In this document: positions 56,880 through 64,000 of the stretch, one piece after another
Layout: each line of letters opens with the position of its first letter
Position numbering within the stretch: the stretch's first letter is position 1
Source: an uncultured bacterium
GTDB lineage: Bacteria; Auribacterota; Erginobacteria; Erginobacterales; Erginobacteraceae
DNA: 64,000 nucleotides
Direction of reading: 5' to 3'
Assembly: GCA_963822585.1 (NCBI GenBank)
Contig: CAWGIE010000026.1
Coordinates: 32,001-96,000, forward strand
Notes under the pieces: model-generated
The model's input: the letters and a program-made list of their open reading frames with translations, nothing else
What the model was told of the DNA's origin: nothing
Database searches by the model: none
Made by a program: the position numbers and the translations under genes

Positions 56880-56965
56880 CCTGACAAAATGAAGAGATGT
56901 ATGGAAAAATGAAGAAAACATGGTAGTATTTTGAAAATGATTCAAAAGCAAACCGAGGAAAATAC

Positions 56966-57622
56966 ATGACCTTGCCCGATATATTAACCATAGAGGAAGT
57001 TGCCAACTATTTGCGGGTTTCGGAGAGGACGGTCTACGATTGGGCGCAAAAAGGAGAAATACCGGCCGGCAAACTGGGCTCTTCATGGCGTTTCAAGCGA
57101 ACTGATATTCAGCGATGGGCTGAGGAGAAGATCGGGGTGGATAAAAGAGACGTCCCCCAGCCCGGCATGTTGTTCAGTGACATACTCAAGCGGGATCGCA
57201 TTATCCTGCTCAAGAAACGCGATAAAAAAGGGATACTGATGGAACTGATCGATTGCCTGAGCGCCGCGCCGGAAATCACGGATCGCGAGGAATTAGCCCG
57301 GGCCATCTTCCGTCGGGAAGAACTGATGAGTACGGGGATCGGCCTCGGCATCGCCGTCCCCCACGTCCGGCTGGAGTCGGTCAAAGGGCTGGTCATGGCT
57401 ATCGGGATCAGCCACGCCGGCAGTTCGGATTATGACTCCCTGGACGGGGCTCCTGTTCATATCGTCTGTATGATCGCGACGGGAAGGTACCAGCACGCTC
57501 AGTATCTGAAGACACTGGCGGCAATCAGCGGACGTTTGAAGGATCAGGCCTTCCGTGATCTTCTCCTGACCGCCCCCGACACGGAGACGATTTACCGGCT
57601 TTTGATCGATAAGGGAGACTGA
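56966..57622 (+). CDS. Excisionase-like HTH fused to PTS EIIA (Fru/Ntr-type)
   Basis: 'LTIEEVANYLRVSERTVY....GEIP', 'STGIG.GIAVPH'. Confidence 0.92.
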   Translation: MTLPDILTIEEVANYLRVSERTVYDWAQKGEIPAGKLGSSWRFKRTDIQRWAEEKIGVDKRDVPQPGMLFSDILKRDRIILLKKRDKKGILMELIDCLSAAPEITDREELARAIFRREELMSTGIGLGIAVPHVRLESVKGLVMAIGISHAGSSDYDSLDGAPVHIVCMIATGRYQHAQYLKTLAAISGRLKDQAFRDLLLTAPDTETIYRLLIDKGD

Positions 57623-57625
57623 CCG

Positions 57626-59302
57626 TTGGGAACGATAGATCTCGGTGTTCTCTTTATCCTGGGGATCGGCGCCTTCGGGGGGATTCTGGGAGCAAGCCTT
57701 TTTCAGTACTTCCGGATCCCCCAGGTGGTGGGATACATCGCCATCGGGCTGCTCATCGGCCAGAGCGGCATCGGCCTGGTCGACCAGGAAGATATCGCAT
57801 CCCTGCGGTTGTTTAACCTATTCGCCCTGGGCCTGATCGGGTTCATGGTCGGGGGCGAGCTCCGAGCCGATACCCTGCGGAGGTATAAGAAGCAGTTCAT
57901 GGCCATTCTCCTCGGGGAAGGGCTGGGGGCATTTTTCCTGACCGGGCTGGTGACCGGCGGGGCGGTCTGGCTGGTGACTCACAACAGCACGGTCGCGCTC
58001 GCGGCCGGGATTGTCTTCGGAGCAATCGCTTCCGCCACCGACCCGGCTTCCACCATCGACGTGCTCCGGGAATATCGCGCCCGCGGCGCGCTCACCACCA
58101 CCCTGATCGCGATTGTCGCTCTTGATGACGCCCTCGCCATGACGCTGTACGGACTGGGAACCAGTACGGCGGAACTTCTCACGGGAGGGACGATCTCGGT
58201 CAGGGAGGTGGCGCTCAAGATCGGGATCGAACTCATCGGGGCCGTGGTTCTGGGGTTCCTGCTGGGGGTGCTGCTGAACTTCATCTTTCGCTGGATGCGG
58301 CAGAAAGAAAAAACCCTGGGAACGGCGCTGGGAGCGATCCTGGTGGCGATCGGCCTCGCCGTGGCCATGGATATGGACATCATCATAGCGACCATGGCGC
58401 TGGGTGTTACGCTGAGCAATCTCGCTCCCCGGCGGAGCAAGGAGTTATTCTCGCTTGCCCACAGCTTCTCCAGTCCCATCTATGTTATTTTCTTCGTCCT
58501 GGTCGGCGCCCGGCTGGACATTACCCGGATGCCGTTCTGGCTCTGGGGGATCGTCGGGCTGTATGTCATCGGCCGGAGTCTGGGGAAGATGGGCGGCGCG
58601 TACTGGGGAGCGCGGATGATGGAAGCCCCCCGGGAGGTCCGGCGATACGGAGGGCTGGGGCTTTTCGCCCAGGGAGGGATCGCGGTCGGGCTTTCGATCA
58701 TGGCCAGTCACCATCTCGGCACCATCCCGTTCACTTCCGGAATGACGCTGGGAGACATGGTTATCTTTACCGTGACCGCGACCACTCTGATCGTTCAGAT
58801 CATGGGGCCTCCCCTGGTCAAACTGGCGGTAAAAAAAGCGAACGAGATCGGGCGCAACGTGACCGAGGAGGACATCCTGGCGCAGTGGACGGTCAAAGAG
58901 GTGATGGATGAGGAGACCGCGCTGATCAGGGAGGAAGAACCCGTAACCGGGATTATCCGGACCTTTTCCGAACATGATAGCACCTCTTATCCGGTTGTCG
59001 AAGCCGGCAACAAAATTATCGGGATAATCACGCTGGATAGAATTAAGAACGTGCTTGCCAACCAGGATACCTGGCAATGGCTGGTTGCCTCCGACGTCAT
59101 GATACCGGTCGGGGAACGGGTAACCGCGGCCACCAGTCTGAAGGATGCCGTTGAACTGATGGAGCAGTTGAAGTTTGAGCAGATCCCGGTGGTACGAAGC
59201 CCCGACGACGATCGGGCGGTGGGTGTGCTCGACCTGCATAAAGTTAAAAAGCTGATCGGCGAAGAGGTCTTGCGGCGGCAGGATAAAATGGGGTCTTCCT
59301 GA
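57626..59302 (+). CDS. Cation:proton antiporter (CPA family) with C-terminal CBS pair
   Basis: 'ATDPAST', 'ALDDA', 'QGGIAVGL'; two CBS repeats. Confidence 0.9.
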   Translation: MGTIDLGVLFILGIGAFGGILGASLFQYFRIPQVVGYIAIGLLIGQSGIGLVDQEDIASLRLFNLFALGLIGFMVGGELRADTLRRYKKQFMAILLGEGLGAFFLTGLVTGGAVWLVTHNSTVALAAGIVFGAIASATDPASTIDVLREYRARGALTTTLIAIVALDDALAMTLYGLGTSTAELLTGGTISVREVALKIGIELIGAVVLGFLLGVLLNFIFRWMRQKEKTLGTALGAILVAIGLAVAMDMDIIIATMALGVTLSNLAPRRSKELFSLAHSFSSPIYVIFFVLVGARLDITRMPFWLWGIVGLYVIGRSLGKMGGAYWGARMMEAPREVRRYGGLGLFAQGGIAVGLSIMASHHLGTIPFTSGMTLGDMVIFTVTATTLIVQIMGPPLVKLAVKKANEIGRNVTEEDILAQWTVKEVMDEETALIREEEPVTGIIRTFSEHDSTSYPVVEAGNKIIGIITLDRIKNVLANQDTWQWLVASDVMIPVGERVTAATSLKDAVELMEQLKFEQIPVVRSPDDDRAVGVLDLHKVKKLIGEEVLRRQDKMGSS

Positions 59303-59346
59303 AATTCCGCAGACGCGCTATTTGATTTTTTTGAAGTTCGATGAGA

Positions 59347-59383
59347 GAAAAAGCCCGAAGGGAAGAACCCTTCGGGCTTTTTC
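59347..59383. terminator. Bidirectional intrinsic terminator
   Basis: gaaaaagcccgaaggg-aagaa-cccttcgggctttttc between convergent genes. Confidence 0.85.
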
Positions 59384-59516
59384 GCGGACGGAACCTCAGG
59401 TAATACAATCAGCCGGCCAGCAGCGATCAGTGCTTGGAACTACTGCCCACTGCCCATTGCCCATTGCCTATCGTAACGAAGTGGAGACCCGACTGAAAGT
59501 CGGGGCTGCCTACTGC

Positions 59517-60654
59517 CTATCTCGTTACCGGGATATCGCCGAAAGCGCCGAAATAAGCCCTGCTCACTCCCCTGATCGCCCACAGCGCGTTGTCAGGGCG
59601 GAAGATGGCGACATCGTCGAGGGAGTTGACGGTAAAGTCTCCGATGACCGGGCTGTCACCCTCCCGGCCGAAGTAATAACGTTCAGAACCCCTGATCGCC
59701 CACAAACCCGTGAGGGGACGAAAAATCGCCATCTTGGTCCGAAAGTGAACGGCGGTCTTCCCGGAACCGTACCACCGGTAGACGCCGGGCACCGGGATGT
59801 CTTCATCCTGGCCGAAGTAGACTCGGGTCTGGCCCCTCACCGCCCACAAACCCGTGGAAGGACGGAATAGGGCGATCTCCTTCATCCCCTCCCCGGCGTA
59901 ATCCCCCGGGACGGGAAGATCGTCCGCGTGGCCGAAATAGACCCGGCTCAGGCCCCGGACCGCCCATCGTCCCGAAAACGGCTGAAAGACCCCCGCCTCC
60001 GTGACCCCGTCCCCGCTGTAATCCCCGGGGACCGGAATGTCTCCCTTGCCTCCGAAGTAAAACCGGGTGAAGTTCTTGACCGCCCAGAGGCCGGACTGAG
60101 GCCGGAAGATCGAGATGTCGGCGACCCCGTCGCCGTTGTAATCCCCGCTGGCCGGGATATCACCCGCCCGGCCGAAGTAAACCCGCCCCAGACCTCGCAC
60201 CGCCCAGAGGCCGTTGTCGGGGCGGAAGACGGCGATATCCGAGAGGCCGTCGCCGGTGTAATCCCCGGAGTCAAGGACCAGGTACTCCGGCGTGGGATAA
60301 ACGGTGGGCGACGCCACCGGCGTCGCCGTCGGGGTTGCGGTATGAGTAGGCGTGACGGATGGGGTGGGGGACAGAGACGGTGTCGGTGTGACGGTAACGG
60401 TGGGGATCACGGTGAAGCCCAGCGCGTTGCTGGTGCCGTAAACGGTGTTCACGGTGAGCGGGCCCGTTGTCGCCCACCGCCCAGACATGGTCCGCGTCCA
60501 GGGCGGAGACGCCGTGGAGATCATTGGCGGTGGGGGAGGGGTTCTCCCACACCCAGTAGCCTTCCGATCCATCGGCGGCGGCAATTCCCGCGGTCGAGAG
60601 GCAGAGGAGGAGAGAGATCGCGACTATCATCACCAGGGAAGAGATGTTCTTCAT
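59517..60654 (-). pseudogene. Frameshifted or internally deleted surface protein: signal peptide, start of a propeller repeat, PT linker, FG-GAP-like C-terminal domain
   Basis: ATG 60654 MKNISSLVMIV...DLHGVSALDADHVWAVGDNG switches frame near 60465 to GPLTVNT..GTSN...FTV-PT linker-GDYTGDG repeats. Confidence 0.7.
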
Positions 60655-61111
60655 GGTTACATCCTCCAATCGAGTGGGCGTGGGCCGGCAAGGAACACGC
60701 TCAGACCGTAATCGCTCTCGCCCGCCCGGATGCGCAAGGAACATTCTGAAATTAATAAAAATTTGCTTTTTCGTTTGCTTTCCACGGTTCGCCGGGAAGA
60801 GCAGGTTCGCGGATTGCATTATTGCTGGAACCGGCGCGGAAGGCAAGCGGGAAACTCTAATCAATCAAAGGGGGAGGCCTGACGGCCTCCCCCGGAAAAT
60901 TGCTAACGGGGACGATCCCGGTCCCCTTATTTGAAAGCACAACGGACATCCCGGAGCGCAGAAGTCTTCGCGCTCTAAGATGTCCGTCATACGGGCATGA
61001 CGGACATCCCAGAGCGTGGTTGATCTGGGATTTTATGAAGATTGCCTTTCGGACTGTGAGGGACGGGCACCGGAAGATTTGCCCGGTTTGACGATTATTA
61101 CAGTAACTTTG

Positions 61112-63106
61112 CTATCGGGTGACCGGAATATCGCCGGATGTCCCGAAATACAGACGTGAAATGCCTCTCGGGGCCCACAGTCCCGTCGTATCACGGAATA
61201 TCCCGATATCGTCTCCGGAATCCCCATCGTAGTCAGCCGGAACCGGCTGGTCGGTGCCGGCGCCGAAGTAAAGAACGCTCACACCGCGGATACTCCACAG
61301 CCCGGAGGAGGTCTGAAAGCAGGCCGCCTCCCGGGTTCCGTCCCCCCTGTAATCTCCCGGGATTGGAAGGCTACCGGAATCACCGTAGTAGATCCGGCTG
61401 ACACCTCTCAGCGCCCAGAGACCGGAGGAGGGCCGAAAGACAGCGACCTCGCTCGTTCCGTCACCGTCGTAATCGCCCGGGACCGGGTCGTCGCCGGCTC
61501 TCCCGAAATAGCTCCGGGTGACCCCCCGGATCGCCCAGAGGCCGGCATCAGCCCGGAAAATACCGGGGTCGCAGGTATCGTTGCCATCATAGTCGGACGG
61601 AACGGCGTCATCGGAGACGGTACCGAAGTAGAGACGAGAGATGCCTCGGACCGCCCAGAGCCCGGAAGCATATCGGAAGATGGCGGGGTCCGTCGTCCCG
61701 TCTCCATTATAGTCTCCGGGGGCCGGAAGGTCGGCCGAACCGCCGAAGTAGAATCGGGTTACTCCCCTCACCGCCCAGCGGCCAGAGGACGGCCGGAAGA
61801 CGGCGATGTCGGACGTGCCGTCGCCGTTGTAGTCCCCCGATGAGATCACTCCGCGGGAGGGCGACGGCGCCGGGGCGGGCTCATATGTGAATATGGTTCC
61901 CCAGTGGTTACTGCCACCGGCGGACGTCACCCCGTACAGTAACCCATCGTGGAGCAGCAGAGTGCAGTACGGAGACTTTCCGTCATCACCGGCTCCGAAG
62001 TGGTGATGGATCGTGTAATCGGAGCCGTCGGCGCTTATTGAGAACAGGATGCCATAATAATTAACCCCGCCGGAAGTGGCCGTGCCGCAGAGCCTGTCAT
62101 CCACCAGGATCAGGTTTCCCATCGGGCCTCTCCCGTCACTGGGGGCGCCGAGGAATTGATGCAGGATCGTGAAAGCGCCCCCGTCGGTTTGCATGGAGAA
62201 GATGATGCCGTGATCGCCCACGCCGCCGTTGTAGGTCAGGCCGTAGAGTGTACTGCCATCGGAGAGAAGGCTGGAGGAGGGTCTTCTCCCGTCGGCGGGG
62301 GGGCCCATGAAATTATGCAGAACAGTGAAGGCGCCCCCGTCAGGACGCATGGAGAAAATAACGCCATAACCCTGGTCGAGTCCGCCGCTCCCCGAACTGC
62401 CTCCATACCTGGCGGTTCCGTATACCGAGGAGCCGTCCGAGATCAGCGTGCCCGTCGGGGTCGTTCCGTCATCGGGAGAGCCGGTAAAATTATGAATAAA
62501 GGTATACCCCGTGCCGTCGGGGTTGATGGAGAAGACGGCCCCGCAATTGATTAACCCGCATAGATTGGTGCCGCTCAACCCGGCCGTGCCGAGGAGTTTT
62601 CCTCCCAGGACAAGAACCTCGGCGTTCGGCCTCCCGGTGTCAAAGGGCTCGGCAGCGAAGCTATGCATGATCGTATACCCCGTCCCGTCGGTCTCGGTGG
62701 CGAATATGGTGCCGCCGCCGTAAGCGTATGCACTGTAACTTCCCGATCCGCCGGCAAAGGTTATGCCGTAGAGGGTTGATCCGTCCGAAATCAGGCCATC
62801 GTGAGGCCAGCCCCCGTCGGGAGGACCGCCGAATTCGTGCAGGATGGTATAACCGGTCCCATCGGGATTAAAAGAGAATATGGTACCGTAGCCGGCGCCG
62901 CAATACGGCCCGGTGTGACTTCCCCCGCCCGCCGACATTCCATAAATCCGGCTCCCATCCGAAAGCAAGGTCCCGGAAGAGTTTGCCGCGTCATCGGGAT
63001 AGCCGGCAAAATTGTGCAGGATCGTGTAGCCGGTCTGCGCGTGGCCCAATGACGTTCCCAGAAGTCCCACTGCCAAAACCAGAAAAACAAGCAAACATTT
63101 TTTCAT
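61112..63106 (-). CDS. Secreted protein with Gloeo_Verruco (GloVer-type) tandem repeats and FG-GAP-like C-terminal domain
   Basis: Signal peptide; repeated 'YTILH.F.G...DG..P...L..DG..LYG.T..GG....G.IF'; six GDYxGDG units ending in DIPVTR. Confidence 0.85.
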   Translation of the reverse strand: MKKCLLVFLVLAVGLLGTSLGHAQTGYTILHNFAGYPDDAANSSGTLLSDGSRIYGMSAGGGSHTGPYCGAGYGTIFSFNPDGTGYTILHEFGGPPDGGWPHDGLISDGSTLYGITFAGGSGSYSAYAYGGGTIFATETDGTGYTIMHSFAAEPFDTGRPNAEVLVLGGKLLGTAGLSGTNLCGLINCGAVFSINPDGTGYTFIHNFTGSPDDGTTPTGTLISDGSSVYGTARYGGSSGSGGLDQGYGVIFSMRPDGGAFTVLHNFMGPPADGRRPSSSLLSDGSTLYGLTYNGGVGDHGIIFSMQTDGGAFTILHQFLGAPSDGRGPMGNLILVDDRLCGTATSGGVNYYGILFSISADGSDYTIHHHFGAGDDGKSPYCTLLLHDGLLYGVTSAGGSNHWGTIFTYEPAPAPSPSRGVISSGDYNGDGTSDIAVFRPSSGRWAVRGVTRFYFGGSADLPAPGDYNGDGTTDPAIFRYASGLWAVRGISRLYFGTVSDDAVPSDYDGNDTCDPGIFRADAGLWAIRGVTRSYFGRAGDDPVPGDYDGDGTSEVAVFRPSSGLWALRGVSRIYYGDSGSLPIPGDYRGDGTREAACFQTSSGLWSIRGVSVLYFGAGTDQPVPADYDGDSGDDIGIFRDTTGLWAPRGISRLYFGTSGDIPVTR

Positions 63107-63178
63107 ACCCACCTCCCCGGATGTGAAGTGTAATGTTTGACTTACATAATAAAGGATCAAGTATCTATCCGGCAACTA

Positions 63179-63478
63179 TTAAAAGCAAATCTGCGCGTTT
63201 CCTTTTTTACTTTTACTCCCCCCTTTATCCAGATATTTAGACGCCAAAATATGAATCGCTTTGGTGGCTTCTATAACCAATTCCGCTTTTCCTCTCTGGG
63301 CAGCATCGGAGACTGATTGGGGGTGTTTTTCTAATTTCTGGGCGATATCTTTTTGAGGTAATTTACGTTTTAAGAATAAATAAACTTCGTATTGATATTC
63401 CGTCATTTCCGGTAGCATGGCATTGCTCAATTCGGAGAGGGAGGTCAAGGCGGCGTTAAGCGCGGGATTTGCAATCAA
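63179..63478 (-). pseudogene. Fragment resembling the SatD-family C-terminal HTH; AT-rich
   Basis: 'MTEYQYEV......QKDIAQKL...PQSVS'; no N-terminal domain. Confidence 0.4.
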
Positions 63479-63639
63479 CCAACGAGCAAAGCGGTTTTCT
63501 TAAACGTAAACTTCTTTCATGGGAATATGAATATATTGTATAAGACGGGTCCCCGCCTTTGGCGGTGCAAGCTCGAACCTTGGCCGCCTTTGGCGGGGCC
63601 GCAACTTGTTGCGGGTTTTGGAATCCTTCGATTCCAATA

Positions 63640-63673
63640 GAAAGGCCGGAGGGGAATTCCCCTCCGGCCTTTC
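63640..63673. repeat. 34-bp perfect palindrome
   Basis: gaaaggccggaggggaattcccctccggcctttc. Confidence 0.85.
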
Positions 63674-63746
63674 CACGGGCATGATCCCGGTTATTACCGG
63701 GAAGCGTGGCTGATCTGGGATTATCTGAAAATCTGCTTCCGTCCCA

Positions 63747-63902
63747 TCAGCAACCGTCACCGGACAATTTGCCCGGTTGGCTGAACTTCTTCCCGCAGTC
63801 CTTGCAGAAATATACCTGGCTGGTGGTGAACTTGAGGCGGGCCGTCCCTTCCTTGATAACGCGCTTGCCGTGGCAGGAGGGACATTTGACGATGGTTTTC
63901 AT
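63747..63902 (-). pseudogene. Truncated zinc-ribbon ORF resembling the N-terminus of an IS1/IS6-type transposase
   Basis: MKTIVKCPSCHGKRVIKEG......QVYFCKDCGKKFS, then a stop inside a repeat. Confidence 0.55.
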
Positions 63903-64000
63903 TGCACCGGTGCTATGTGATCAGTTTGATTACGTTCGGGTCGGGGTGGGTTTTGAGTTTTTCTTTGTCGTAGGTGACGAAATCGGGGTGGATGGAGAGG

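Noticed and set aside
56966..57140. Prophage or ICE excisionase
   Set aside because: The HTH is fused to a PTS EIIA domain next to an antiporter; no integrase or phage genes nearby.
63540..63640. tRNA or att-site remnant (GGTTCGA on the minus strand)
   Set aside because: No cloverleaf or acceptor stem could be built; the surrounding hairpins look like dispersed repeats.

Overview
GC-rich bacterial chromosomal window, with no rRNA, tRNA or CRISPR array recognised. The recurrent 'GDYNGDGxxDIAVFRPxxGLWAVRG' C-terminal domain suggests an uncultured PVC-superphylum-type lineage (inference). Main blocks: (1) 1-17.3 kb, an envelope-glycosylation cluster with four TMTC-like TPR glycosyltransferases, a DPY19/STT3-like GT-C enzyme, other GT-C proteins, a sulfatase-fold protein and an MBOAT plus SGNH-like pair. 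(2) An ABC exporter whose two genes are split by a 16-unit tandem array of 32-bp REP-like palindromes. (3) An MSHA-like minor-pilin cluster, divergent from an NHL-repeat surface protein. (4) A REP-associated tyrosine transposase (RAYT) bounded by 12-bp inverted repeats. (5) The most striking block, 37.4-50.4 kb, all on the minus strand: pdp, a small membrane protein, a giant ComEC with an apparently dead MBL domain, two ComEA-like HhH proteins, a stand-alone intact MBL nuclease, a membrane-anchored DHH phosphoesterase, deoB, punA, a pseudo-RecJ/DEDDh exonuclease and DUF3006. This reads as a putative DNA-uptake-for-nutrition system. (6) GT2/GT-C genes, a hybrid kinase with response regulator, HTH-EIIA plus CBS antiporter, and more surface proteins. 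About ten families of short palindromic or tandem repeats fill the intergenic spaces, and some sit in-frame inside genes.
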